Source: an uncultured virus (IMG/VR IMGVR_UViG_3300028129_000011) | Lineage: Duplodnaviria; Heunggongvirae; Uroviricota; Caudoviricetes | Length of the DNA stretch: 64,000 bases | IMG/VR virus record: IMGVR_UViG_3300028129_000011 | Direction: 5' to 3' (one strand) | Shown: piece after piece, positions 8,184 to 19,242 of the stretch | Numbering within the stretch: position 1 is the stretch's first letter | Layout: every line of letters starts with the position of its first letter | Position numbers and translations under genes: made by a program | Notes under the pieces: model-generated | The model's database searches: none | Told to the model about the DNA's origin: nothing | Seen by the model: only the letters and a program-made list of their open reading frames with translations

Positions 8184-8918
8184 TTACGATAACGTCTTTG
8201 TTACTAAATACTGTGCAGGATCAAAATCTTGATTCTTATAAAACAGTCTATACTGTTCAACAGCTTTTTCTACTTTTTGTTTACCTCTCTCTAAAAACTC
8301 AGGAGAGCAATCAAATATACCTATTTTATGACTTTGTTTATCTACAGCAATAAATATCATATCTTTTTTAAAGTATGATGAATATATGTATGCTTGACTA
8401 TCATAGTTATAATCTCTAGCTGAATACTGAAACTTATCTAAATTAGATGTTGTTTTAAGATCAATAACATATTGCTCTGTGTTGTTAACAATATCTGCTT
8501 TTAGTTTCCACCATTCATCTTCTAGATTTATTATACCAGGTACTTCATATTCTACATCAATGTCTTGTATTAAACTTTTACAAACATTGTTAGCCATTAA
8601 TTTATCTCTTAACAACTGTAATTCATCGGCTTCTTTTTGTAATAAACATAGTTCTCCACCTGATAAATCTTTATACGCTTTAGTATTTCTACTACCAGCA
8701 TCTATAATTTTATATCTTTCTAACTTACCAGGTTCTAGAACTAATGTATGAAAGTATCCACCTTTTATTAAATTTGGATTACCAACTATTGGTTTTTTAA
8801 AATTCAATGGATCATTTAGTAAAGCTCTAATATCTGAGTTAGATAAAAACTGTTTACCATAGTCACCATAGTATTTCTCGTCGTCTTCTAGATTCTTTAA
8901 TATTTCATCTTTATTCAT
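8184..8918 (-). CDS. PD-(D/E)XK exonuclease (RecE/exonuclease VIII-like)
   Basis: LSNS, G..FH..VLEP, KAD...IDLKTT, YDSQAYIY. Confidence 0.85.
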   Translation of the reverse strand: MNKDEILKNLEDDEKYYGDYGKQFLSNSDIRALLNDPLNFKKPIVGNPNLIKGGYFHTLVLEPGKLERYKIIDAGSRNTKAYKDLSGGELCLLQKEADELQLLRDKLMANNVCKSLIQDIDVEYEVPGIINLEDEWWKLKADIVNNTEQYVIDLKTTSNLDKFQYSARDYNYDSQAYIYSSYFKKDMIFIAVDKQSHKIGIFDCSPEFLERGKQKVEKAVEQYRLFYKNQDFDPAQYLVTKTLS

Positions 8919-9445
8919 TATTTTAATTTAATTAAACTTTGTTCTAACTCTTTAGTGACATTGTATTTCTTTTTAATAGTGTTTATATCACCACCGTTTT
9001 TAACAAATTCTTTAGCTTTATCTAAAGCTGTACCTGTTAAATCAAGTTTTGCTTTACCGTGAGTGTTAGTAGCATCACTATCAGCAGTATCATCTATTAA
9101 AAATAAGTTACCTAAAGAATATTTTTTACCGTAACTAGATGCACTACCAAATTTCTGAGGTAAGTTCATACCTTTTTGATCCATATCAATTCCAACAATA
9201 GCTGAAGTCTGTATTTCATCTTCACCATCAGATAATATTGATGTAGAATAAAGAATATAGTTACCTGCTAATTCTTGGATTGTTTCCTCAATTCTAACAG
9301 TAAGCTTATGTTCTTTTAGAAAAGGTTTTAAAGCCTCTAATATATCTTCTGCAGAACGATAGTTGTATCTACCAAAAGAGTTAAATTTACTTTTTTTTGC
9401 TTTTAATTCAACTTGAATTTTACTTAGTTTTTCATTTAATTTCAT
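8918..9445 (-). CDS. ERF-family single-strand annealing protein
   Basis: NSFGRYNYRSAEDIL...GSASSYGKKYSL..LFLIDD..DSD. Confidence 0.88.
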   Translation of the reverse strand: MKLNEKLSKIQVELKAKKSKFNSFGRYNYRSAEDILEALKPFLKEHKLTVRIEETIQELAGNYILYSTSILSDGEDEIQTSAIVGIDMDQKGMNLPQKFGSASSYGKKYSLGNLFLIDDTADSDATNTHGKAKLDLTGTALDKAKEFVKNGGDINTIKKKYNVTKELEQSLIKLK

Positions 9446-9486
9446 ACTATTATAATTACATTTTATTTGTTTAAATTACATTTATC

Positions 9487-10248
9487 TTACAGATAATCAA
9501 GCACTTGTGAGTGATCTACATTATCTATTAATTTTTGAACAGCTTGTTTTTTCAACTCAGAAACTCTAACATAAGAGCTAATTCCGTTAATACCTAATTG
9601 CAAAGCTATTTCTTTTGCTTGAACTCTATCACAATCTAAACCATAAGATAATCTTAACACTTCATATTCGTTATGATCTAGATATTTCTTCATTAAACCT
9701 TTAAGATACATATTTAATAAATCCATATTGTAAGGTTCAGAGTTATCTGGTATTTGATATAACATATTTTCTTCGTCATCATTTGAGATGTTATTATCTA
9801 TAGATAAAAATATAGAGTTAAAAAACATTTCAACCATTTTTTTATCTTTAGGATTTTTTCTGATTTCGTTTATTTTATGTTCAGGGATCCTAATGTCTCC
9901 CCTATTGATGTCTATACGTCGTCTAATCAATCCTTTTATTCGTTTTGAAAAGAATGATTTTAATGTTTTTTCGATGTCATCTGACTCATTTAATTTTTCA
10001 AAGTCTAATTTATCAACAGCTCTTACTAAACCTTCAGAACCTATTTGAATTAAATCGTTTATAGTTAATACTCCCGATGCTTGTTGTGATGTTGAAAATT
10101 TTCTAGCAATATTCTCAACTAAAGGTAAAAACTTTATAATTAATTCATCTCTTGAATATTCGTCCCACATTTTACCATCTATTCTCGAAATGGATTTTTT
10201 TACATCATCTTTATACCTAAGATAATTTTTAATGTTGTATTTTTTCAT
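9487..10248 (-). CDS. Phage sigma-70 family RNA polymerase sigma factor
   Basis: LPLVENIARKF, DLIQIGSEGL (region 2), IRIP, FLSID, VLRLSYGL...EIA...RVSELKKQA (region 4). Confidence 0.88.
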   Translation of the reverse strand: MKKYNIKNYLRYKDDVKKSISRIDGKMWDEYSRDELIIKFLPLVENIARKFSTSQQASGVLTINDLIQIGSEGLVRAVDKLDFEKLNESDDIEKTLKSFFSKRIKGLIRRRIDINRGDIRIPEHKINEIRKNPKDKKMVEMFFNSIFLSIDNNISNDDEENMLYQIPDNSEPYNMDLLNMYLKGLMKKYLDHNEYEVLRLSYGLDCDRVQAKEIALQLGINGISSYVRVSELKKQAVQKLIDNVDHSQVLDYL

Positions 10249-10873
10249 TAGTAATTAATGTATCATTTAATAATTCTTTTTCTTTTTTTAAAGTGTTACT
10301 CGTGTTTCTCTGTATTGTTCTAGTAGAACACCTTAGTAGATCAGACAAAGACTTATTAGTTATTTTTTTACCGCTTTCGTTTATATCTAACATAGCTTGA
10401 TAAATATCATCTTCAGTTATTTTTTTGCTTCTACCAACCATCTGTCCAACTATAGACATTTTTTGTTCAGTTGTTAAACCAGAGAACTCTTTAAAAATTA
10501 TTTTCCTAGCTCTATTTCTAGGAGGTTTATCTAGATCAGACATACTAACTTCATATATGATAGATTTAATAGAATGATCAGACACATTAAAAGTAACAAA
10601 TCCATTTGACATATCCACTATAAAATGTGATAAATTTTCAAAAAAATTTTGTTTCATCTGAGGGTTTAAATACCAAAGAACTAGTAAATGCCATTTTAAA
10701 GACTTATAAGTGTTTATTTTAGCCTTACTATTAAACAATGTATAGCATTCGTGAGTACCATTTTCGTAATAGCTACCCCAAGAATAAACCTCAGTTGGTT
10801 TATCATTGATAGGATCTCTACGATATATTATACGATGCTTGTTTAAGTATTTTAAATTTCTTTGGTATGACAT
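10229..10873 (-). CDS. DNA-binding protein with C-terminal HTH (possible origin-binding protein or regulator)
   Basis: KITNKSLSDLLRCSTRTIQR HTH; start codon lies inside a 43-bp palindromic element. Confidence 0.6.
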   Translation of the reverse strand: MSYQRNLKYLNKHRIIYRRDPINDKPTEVYSWGSYYENGTHECYTLFNSKAKINTYKSLKWHLLVLWYLNPQMKQNFFENLSHFIVDMSNGFVTFNVSDHSIKSIIYEVSMSDLDKPPRNRARKIIFKEFSGLTTEQKMSIVGQMVGRSKKITEDDIYQAMLDINESGKKITNKSLSDLLRCSTRTIQRNTSNTLKKEKELLNDTLITNEKIQH

Positions 10874-10910
10874 TAGCCCCCTACTATATTATATTAATAG
10901 CCTATTGTCA
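10868..10910 (-). promoter_or_regulatory. 43-bp palindromic element, copy 1 (other copies 18645-18687 and 19611-19653)
   Basis: TGACAWTAGGCTATTA-N8-TAGTA-N3-GGCTAWTGTCA, same length in all three copies. Confidence 0.85.
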
Positions 10911-11052
10911 GCCCTTTTTGGACTGAATGATTTTCTTTATTCTTTAAATTAGATTTTTTTTTATAAAAAAAATAATAATCTAGATAATCATTATTCATTT
11001 GTTTCTCCCTCATATGATGAAATAATTCTTTAGATCTTCCCATATCTTACGT

Positions 11053-11352
11053 CTATTTAAGTTTTTTTATTCTATCTGTTAATGTTATCATTTTTTGGAA
11101 ATACTTTTTAGCTTCTAAATAATTTTCATTTTCAATAGCTTTATCGTGTTTTTTTGTTACAATATCTAATTCTTCTTGTAATAACGCTATTTCATCAGTA
11201 AAGGTATATTTAATATTCATTGTTGAGTCTGATACAAAACCCTCAACATCTTGAATAAAATTTTGATCCCATTCTAGTTGTTTTTCCTCTAGCTGTTTTA
11301 CAACTTTGTTAGCTATTAAATCTGCTAAATCATTTAATTCTTTATCTGTCAT
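11053..11352 (-). CDS. Hypothetical protein with UvrB/UvrC-like C-terminal motif
   Basis: LQEELD...KAIENENYLEAKKY. Confidence 0.55.
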   Translation of the reverse strand: MTDKELNDLADLIANKVVKQLEEKQLEWDQNFIQDVEGFVSDSTMNIKYTFTDEIALLQEELDIVTKKHDKAIENENYLEAKKYFQKMITLTDRIKKLK

Positions 11353-11394
11353 ATTTGTGTTATTTATATAATAATTATCAATACTGTATCGTAT

Positions 11395-11880
11395 TTAGTT
11401 TGTTATAGGTCTTGTTATTAATTGTTCATCTGAGTTTCTTACAGTGTGTTTTTCGTTTTCATAATAATTCCAATACGCAGTAATAGCATCATTATCAACC
11501 TTATACTTATCAGGCATACACTGTGGCGGTTCAGAAAATGCTTCGTCATATAACTCTTGTGGAGGTATTGATAAAAACTCTCTACATTTCGTTATTGTCA
11601 AATGCTCTTTACCATATCGTCTAGTATATTCTTTACCAAGAGCTATCATATGTTCGTATAACCACATGTAATTAGATCTAGATTGTCTAGCCCATATAGT
11701 TGATGGGTGATTCAAATGAGCTTTTCTGTATGGAACATTAGCTTTTTGTTCATCAGAACCATATACATAATGGGCTGTACAAAGCATCTGGGCTGATTCT
11801 AAGATCATTTTAACAACATGCTTGTTATATTGTACATTTGCAGCCTTAACTGGATCAGAATGTAAATAAAATATATTCAT
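11395..11880 (-). CDS. Pyrimidine-dimer DNA glycosylase family protein
   Basis: MNIFYL...KHVVKMILESAQML...HLNHPSTIWAR...EYTRRYGKEH...PQCMPD; likely start 11880. Confidence 0.8.
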   Translation of the reverse strand: MNIFYLHSDPVKAANVQYNKHVVKMILESAQMLCTAHYVYGSDEQKANVPYRKAHLNHPSTIWARQSRSNYMWLYEHMIALGKEYTRRYGKEHLTITKCREFLSIPPQELYDEAFSEPPQCMPDKYKVDNDAITAYWNYYENEKHTVRNSDEQLITRPITN

Positions 11881-11884
11881 ACGT

Positions 11885-12109
11885 TTACCATTTTTTAGAT
11901 TGATAATTAGGTTTAATGTGCTTGTTGATGAATGCACCTTTAGATTCAGCAGATCTAAAACCTTCAAACACAAAATAAGGTACGTCTAAGTACTCATAAG
12001 ATGATCCGTTTACATAATCTACTACTAAAGTAGGTACACTAGGTTTATACCATGCAGAAACTACTGCTGAAGATTTTACTGTGATAAATTCTGTTAAATT
12101 GTTTTCCAT
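11885..12109 (-). CDS. KTSC domain protein
   Basis: SSAV..AWY...LVVDY.NGSSYEYLDVP...F..AESKGAFINKHIK. Confidence 0.85.
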   Translation of the reverse strand: MENNLTEFITVKSSAVVSAWYKPSVPTLVVDYVNGSSYEYLDVPYFVFEGFRSAESKGAFINKHIKPNYQSKKW

Positions 12110-12510
12110 TTTATTTGATTTTAATTATTAATATTATCGATTTCTTATCGTATTTTTTTTGTTTCTATTTGTTTTATAATCCTGATTTTTTTAAGAAGTA
12201 ATTGTATACTTCTGGTATATGTTCTTTGTAATAAGGCTGTTCTTGTGCAACCCAACGTTTAAGACTTTGTTTATCGAGGAAAGGAGCGCACATATCAAAT
12301 ATAGGTTCTATATCATCAATGAAGTCACCTACTGTCCAGCCTTCCCATATATGTTTATCTCTATTCATTATATAAAATTTATTAAAATACTTTGTTATCT
12401 TGGTGTTATAAACAATAAAATATGATTGATAGAACAGCCCATAATAAAGCCATACCGCCAAAACAGTAAATTAATGTTTGCATAAAATCTTTTCTTGGGT
12501 CACTCATATT

Positions 12511-13122
12511 TTAGTGAAATATTAATCCTACTTTATTTGTTTTATTAAACCATTTTGTTGCGTAAAGATCTACTTTTGATGCATCAGTGTAGCCTGCAGC
12601 TTTAAGGTCACTGTGTATAGCAAAGATTTTAGTATGTCTATGCTTAATAGGGTCAATTAAATGCTTTTGTTTACCTGAGTCACTGAATATAACATCGAAA
12701 TTACTAGGTAATTTAGTATCTAAAAACATCTGAACCATATTAGTATAACTATAAAACCTAACTTCAGGAAACAATAAAGCAATATCGATCCATTTATTTA
12801 GATATTTTTTAGAATAATAGTCACCACTGTCGTGAACCCTTACATAATCTGGTTTCTTTTTAACTATTTCGTCATACATTTTATCAACAAATTCATCAGT
12901 CTTACTTAGCTCATAACGTTTTTCGAATGCTGGTTTTACGTTAGACCATATATAGGCACCTTTTTTTGCATAACAAAACTTTACACAACCATCAGCCATG
13001 GGGCAAGTTAGTTTACCTGATGCAGATTTGTATGCGGGTATGCCAAAGTTGAATACACGTACACCTAATTCTTTAGATGTTTTTTTAAGTTTTGAGTTTT
13101 GGGTTAAAAGTGAAACGCTCAT
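12511..13122 (-). CDS. Gp88-like (radical-SAM-related) protein
   Basis: TCPMADGCVKFCYA Cys cluster; VRVHDSGDYY; FYSYT. Confidence 0.7.
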   Translation of the reverse strand: MSVSLLTQNSKLKKTSKELGVRVFNFGIPAYKSASGKLTCPMADGCVKFCYAKKGAYIWSNVKPAFEKRYELSKTDEFVDKMYDEIVKKKPDYVRVHDSGDYYSKKYLNKWIDIALLFPEVRFYSYTNMVQMFLDTKLPSNFDVIFSDSGKQKHLIDPIKHRHTKIFAIHSDLKAAGYTDASKVDLYATKWFNKTNKVGLIFH

Positions 13123-13178
13123 AATTTAATTATTTATTTTAATATATTATCGTATAGTAATCGTATTATGTTTGCAGA

Positions 13179-14798
13179 CTAATCTAATAGAACCATATAA
13201 GCATCACCGTTGTTTTTTCTAAACCAAGATAAACCTTTACGAAGATCATTAACTGTTTTACTAGATGCAGCGCCTCTTTCGTATAAGAAATTAGCACCTA
13301 ATATGAAGTCATACATAGATAACTCTACATTATTTAACTCATATTCTGCTCCACTGAAAGGGTTTTGTACTGTTGAACCCTCTTCATATAGTTGTCCGGT
13401 AAACCATTTAGGTAATTTTTGTTCTTTTGTTTCCATTTTTACTTGTTTTTATATCATTTATGTTAATTGTTTTCTATCTTGACTGTTTATAGCTTGAGCT
13501 ATAGCTAAATTTATATTAGTGTGGTATGTAGACACTTGGTGTTTAATCATCCACTCTGTTAATGTTAATTTTCTTTGTTTATTTATTTTCATTGGTCATA
13601 AGTTTACATACTTTATATATAATATCTACTTGATCTGCTATAAAATCGTTATTAGACTCTTCATAATTACCGAGTAAATACATGTAGTGTTCTGATTCTT
13701 CAAGGATATAATCCTCTACTGCATCTGCAACTCTCTTAGCAATTTGATCTTTGATTTCCTCTGAATTACTCATTTATACTAATTTATATAAGTTATGATT
13801 ACGTTTAGCAAACTCGACGATGTATAGCAGACGCGCCATTGGGTTATGTATTAATTCTCTAGCCCAGCAGGTAGTGCGAAAAGTTTGTAAACCTTTGTCT
13901 GTAAGCACAGTATATCTTTGATTTTGTAAGTATTTTTTATTTAACTGATAAACTCTACCGCGAGATACTTTTCTAACATAACCTGTTTTATAAGACGCTA
14001 TTTGTGTACCGTCAGGTAATTTGAACATTTTAGTACCGTTAGCTTTTTGCTTTGGGGTTGTTATTTCTTTGATGTCATACTCAACAAACATACGCTGAGT
14101 ATACATATCTACTAGCATATCTCGTCTTCTTAGTTGTGTTAAAAATCTGTCTTCTAAATTTTCCATGTTTATATATTTATTTTATATTATTATCGATCAG
14201 TGATCGTATTGTATTTGTTTATATGTTATCTTTTTCTATTAATGATGCAATGTAATTCCAAACCTTTAGCTCTTTCTTACAAGACTCAAGCATATTTTCT
14301 AATGTCTCTATAGGTACAACACTTGTATTATTATTTTTTATGTCGTCAAGTAAGTCGCTCTTCTCAATACCTAACATTGTTATTTTAGCAAAAGCTTTGT
14401 CGTGAGCTCTTTCTTTTATCTCTTGTAAATCAAACTCATTATTCATTGCTAACAGGTTTTGTAATGTTAAATAAACTTTCAACTTCGTAAACTATAGTTG
14501 ATACTAAATCTGTACGATTCTCAAAATCTATATTCTCTATATATACTCTACCGTCGTAGTCCATACCAAAATCATATTCGTAGTTTTCAGTGTCACTAAA
14601 ATCAAGGTTATCAATAGCTGCTTCAATCGCTTCATATATTAAATCGAATTGCTCTTGAGATATTACAGGTTTGTTCATATTTACTAATTTTTTTGTGATT
14701 TCATTTAATTCTAAATTTATTTGAGTTTGTGCAGCTTTATTAGCTTCTAATGTTGCTTGTAATTCTGCTGTTTTAGTTATTAAGTCTTCTCGTGTCAT
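13179..14798 (-). other. Cluster of small early hypothetical genes (13179-13436, 13579-13773, 13774-14166, 14219-14482, 14439-14798)
   Basis: Co-oriented ORFs downstream of class I promoter motifs; no recognisable motifs. Confidence 0.6.
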
Positions 14799-14847
14799 TC
14801 TATTATATTTTATTTGTTACATTAATATTATCGATCAGTGATCGTAT

Positions 14848-15144
14848 TTAGTTTGTTATAGTATATTCTTCTTTAATTATTTCTCTAAATCTCGAGTTTA
14901 ATACTGTATATAGTGACTTGTTTATCACTGGGAATACATTATTTATACCGTGTAGCACACTTGCGTGATGTCTATTTACTTGTTTACCAATTTCTTCTAA
15001 TGAATAAGTTGTGTATTTCCTACATAGTACATAGTATATAGCCCTAGCGTCAGAGTAACCACGTAATCTGGTTTTTTCACTTATATCAATGTTTAGTATT
15101 TCATTGATAACATCTCTTATAAATCTAGGTGTTATTGCTCCCAT
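14848..15144 (-). CDS. Stand-alone DnaA C-terminal (domain IV) HTH protein
   Basis: KTRLRGYSDARAIYYVLCRKYTTYSLEEIGKQVNRHHASVLHG matches the DnaA signature R...YL.R......SL.EIG..F.RDH.TV.H; likely start 15144. Confidence 0.8.
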   Translation of the reverse strand: MGAITPRFIRDVINEILNIDISEKTRLRGYSDARAIYYVLCRKYTTYSLEEIGKQVNRHHASVLHGINNVFPVINKSLYTVLNSRFREIIKEEYTITN

Positions 15145-15145
15145 G

Positions 15146-17859
15146 TTAAAATAAGTGGTTATAAACACACTCACTGACAAAGTCAAGGTGTACGTCGTTA
15201 ATATAATCGATCTCTTCTTCCGTCATTTCTCTACCATCATACTCTGCTGATGCAATAAAAGCATCTACGAAGTCAGGGTAGTCGTTGAAGTCAATACCAT
15301 CGACCTCAACGTTTGCTATTTTTGTAAAATCTATTTCCATAATATGTGTTTTAATCTAGTGGATAATCTAATTCTTCGTATGTATATACTGTAGCTCGAT
15401 CTATTAATCTTTTTTTATTTAACAACTCTTCTCTGTTGTCGATATAGTGATCGATCTCTCTTTTCATTTCATCTTCACTGTATGCTTGAAAAGATACTGT
15501 GAATAAACCGTCAAGTAATTTCTCATCGCTACATTCGTAGCCTTTACAAAGGTGACCGTTCCAGGTACGCCATTCGATCGGTGTGTATAGCACACCTCTG
15601 TGATATCTATTCTCCATTTTTAAGGCTTTTATATAAGTTTAAATAATTTTCTTTTAAAACGCCCCATCTTGTTTTTCCGTCAGAGTCTTTAATAGTGTAT
15701 TTTTTACAAGGTAAAAACTTTACACCTAATGCTTCTAACACTGCGTTACAAGCCCAGTGGCGGTGTAATATAGTTTCACCTTGATCCGATATAAATGTAG
15801 GAGCTTCGTCAATTACCTCTTTAAGTAAGTTAATTTTTTGTTTTCTACTAAGAGATAGTAAGTGGTTATCGTAGTTTTTAGCAGTTTGAAGTACTGCGAA
15901 ATCACATACCTCTTTATCAAATTCTTCGAAAGAACCATAAAATAATTTATTATAAAATTCTCTAAAACCATTACCTTTTAATTTCTTACCATTAACAGAG
16001 TAAGTAGCGTAAGGTTCAGCGTCTTCAAATATTATAACGTCACCATATTTTTCACTTTTAATACTTGTTACTCCACCACATACTTCAACATTTGCAGTTA
16101 TAATAGAGTTTACTTCGATAATTAACTCCCTGTTAAATCTTACGTAGTCTTCGTTATGTGTAAATTCTTTTAATTTCATCTTTATTATTTTTTAATTACA
16201 TTAATATTATCGATCGCTGATTGTATTTATTTTGTTACAGCGTTTTGTATTTCACTTAGTAAATAGTCTCTAGCTATTATTGAGGCATATTCATTTTTTG
16301 CGCCAATGTGAAATATATAGCAGTAGTCTGCTCTAAGCGGTTCGTACTCTTTCCAGTCATAAACTGTAAAGTATATATCTTCATCAGGTATATAAAATTC
16401 AAAGTCAAAATTGCATTTATCTTCACCCGTATTATTCTCGTGATATGGTATATTATTCTCTACACATAATTCTATAAGGTCTGAAGGAATTAAGTCGACG
16501 GTTACTCCGTGGAATGATGAAGCTTGGAACTCGTTATTTACCTCTTTTAATTTCATTATATTATCTTTTTAAGTTTTTCTTTAATTTTTGCTACATCTTC
16601 GTCACTTACGTCAAAGTCATACCCATATTTATCGCTTAAAGCCCAGAAGCAAGCGTCGTGGAATCTTTTATCTAACACATCGTCTAAATAATAAGCGATG
16701 TCATCTATTTCTTCTTTATTTAATTTCATAATATTTAGTGTTTTAAGTCAAAGTTAATTGCATTAGCTATTTCTTCGTAGTTAGGTAGCGCTATGAATAT
16801 TCTCGCATATTCTTCTACTAGGTGACTACCAGAAGTCATTTCAAGGTTAGATATTACCACGTCGTATACTATTTTTAATAAGTCGTCGGCAGTAACAGGC
16901 TCTTCAAACTCTATATCACCCAGTATATCGTTCCATACTCTCCAAGTTGGGAAAGAACTCCAGTTATTATATTCTCCAGTCATAGTTTTATAGTTCGTTT
17001 AAGTTAATATTTAATTTTTCTGCTACTAATTCTAAAGCTAGCTTATAACCATAGTTCTTGCCAAGTTGCATTAGTAAAAAGTCATTAGTTCCACCATTAG
17101 CTTTAGCAAAGTCGTTTAAATATTCTTCGTTTGGTGTTACCACTATGCCTCGATCGAGCATGTTTAGTTGTTCTTTTAAAAATTCTTTCATAGTTATAAT
17201 AATTTAAAGTTAAGTACTATTCTGTTAAATATTTTCTCAGTTTCTTCAAAGTCTTCAGAGTTGATGTATAGCACACTGTTGTGCACTTCGAAGGTATTTT
17301 TTACTCGTTTAGACTTGAACATTGCTTGTCTTACTTCTTTACCGAAATTTTTTGGAAATCTAATTCTAAGGATAGTCATGGTTATTTTATTTTAAGTTAT
17401 TAATTTTAATTACAGTTATATTATCTACGAGTGTCCGTATTTTTTTTGCGTTTTAAGGTTAAAGGCGGTTTTCTTATATATGTTCTTGGAGTTTTATCAA
17501 AAGTCGCATAAATAGCTAAGGCTAAAAAACCTATTCCAAAAACACCGCCAACAATCACTATTCCTAATATTTGTAATTCATTCATAATTTCACGTTACTA
17601 CTGTTATACTTTTCCGTTATATTTAATGCTACTTTAGTTCTTCAAATTTAACTCTATGGCTACAAAAGTCTCCATTTCCACTTGCGTGTACTCCATAAAG
17701 TATATGCTTGTCGTTTTGTATTTCTACATAAGCACCATCTTCGTGTACTACTTCATAATCCACTCCACAATATTCTGCCATATGATTATCTATAAAGTCA
17801 TTCATAGTATCAGTATTTGTAGCCATAGCTTCCTTTGTATTCCAAGTATAATCTTCCAT
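15146..17859 (-). other. Cluster of small early hypothetical genes, many acidic (15146-15340, 15351-15617, 15607-16179, 16227-16556, 16556-16729, 16735-16983, 16988-17191, 17194-17379, 17629-17859)
   Basis: Tightly packed co-oriented ORFs with A-rich start contexts. Confidence 0.6.
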
Positions 17860-18197
17860 ATTTATTTACTTTAGTTTTTAATTCACGCAACTAACCTTAA
17901 CCCTATAAGTTGTCATATTTTTCTTGTTTTTAAGTACGCTATAATAAATAGCACGATTAATATTATTAATACTGTTTTCATACTATTATTATTATTATTT
18001 TACATTTTTATTATCTAAAAGTGACCGTATTAGTGTTGGACACTATAATTATTATTTATTTACTCGTAATATTTCTCTATATACTTATATATACATAGGC
18101 GTATAATACTTTATATAATGGTTTCTAAGAGGTGTAAAAATATTTACTTGAGGAAAAGTCAAGAGAGATGTAAAACCACCTCTCTGACCACCTATTG

Positions 18198-18428
18198 CTA
18201 CTTCTCGATCAAGAAAGGTCTTACTTTTAAAGGTATTGAAGTAGACGAGGTATAGCTTTTATATTTCTCCCAACAAGCCATTTTTTCAAGTGATTCCTTC
18301 ATGGCGTTGAAGGCGTCATCATGGTTATATTTTGCTGTTTTACCATTTTTAAAGGTTACTTCAATAATAGTGTTACTTCCGATAAGTGATTTTCTAACGA
18401 AGAATCTTTTAGCTTTTAAGTTGCTCAT
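18198..18428 (-). CDS. Early basic protein, paralogue A
   Basis: Shares KRF.VRKSLIG, EVTFKNGK.AKYNHDDA, CW.KYKSYTSS with 19012-19242. Confidence 0.8.
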   Translation of the reverse strand: MSNLKAKRFFVRKSLIGSNTIIEVTFKNGKTAKYNHDDAFNAMKESLEKMACWEKYKSYTSSTSIPLKVRPFLIEK

Positions 18429-18644
18429 AATTATTTATTTTTAAGTTAATATTTTTAAGTTATTATTAATTTTAATTTCAGTTATATTATCTGAAACCGA
18501 TCGTCGAAAGTTTGTACGAAGTGAGAGTGCTATACACACAAAGTGTTATATAAAATATAGTTATCTTGCGAGCGAAGTAGAATTCTTGAAAGTGCTATAC
18601 AGCTATGCTATACACAGCGGCTATTACTGTGCAGAGAATAGGGC

Positions 18645-18687
18645 TGACATTAGGCTATTATATAAGACTAGTAACAGGCTATTGTCA
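18645..18687 (+). promoter_or_regulatory. 43-bp palindromic element, copy 2
   Basis: TGACATTAGGCTATTATATAAGACTAGTAACAGGCTATTGTCA. Confidence 0.85.
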
Positions 18688-18691
18688 CCCC

Positions 18692-18973
18692 CTACAATTT
18701 ATGTTTTAAGTTTACATTTTCAAACTTTAAGTCATCTGCTCTTTGAGCAAGATCGTATAAGATACTATCATATTCTGCATTGATCATTGATCTTAGCGTG
18801 TAGTATAATTTCTCTATTTCTTTGTCGTAAAAATCCATATTGTATATTTTAAAGGTTTATAGTTTTTAGAAGCCGATGATCTCGTCTAGTTCGTCGATAC
18901 TTAGTTCGATAATATCTGCAAGATCCATATCTGTGTTAGCTAAAGCTAATTCTATTTTGTATTCGTAAGGCAT
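18692..18973 (-). CDS. Two tiny acidic ORFs: 18866-18973 (MPYEYKIELALANTDMDLADIIELSIDELDEIIGF) and 18692-18838 (MDFYDKEIEK..., 48 aa)
   Basis: Translated by hand; A-rich start contexts; downstream of paralogue B. Confidence 0.55.
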
Positions 18974-19011
18974 ATTTATTTGTTTTAAGTTATTGTTTTA
19001 CTCTGCGAGCA

Positions 19012-19242
19012 TTAGTCTGTAATTAATACAGATCTAACACTCATTGGTATATTTGAAGAAGAAGTATATGATTTATATTTCGCCCAACAATTCATTTTGG
19101 TTAATTTAGCTTCCATTTGTTTATATGCATCGTCATGATTATATTTAGCGACTTTTCCATTTTTAAATGTGACTTCAATAATTTGATTTTTACCGATTAA
19201 ACTTTTACGCACTACGAATCTTTTTGATTTTAAAATTTCCAT
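19012..19242 (-). CDS. Early basic protein, paralogue B
   Basis: Paralogue of 18198-18428; preceded by two class I promoters. Confidence 0.8.
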   Translation of the reverse strand: MEILKSKRFVVRKSLIGKNQIIEVTFKNGKVAKYNHDDAYKQMEAKLTKMNCWAKYKSYTSSSNIPMSVRSVLITD

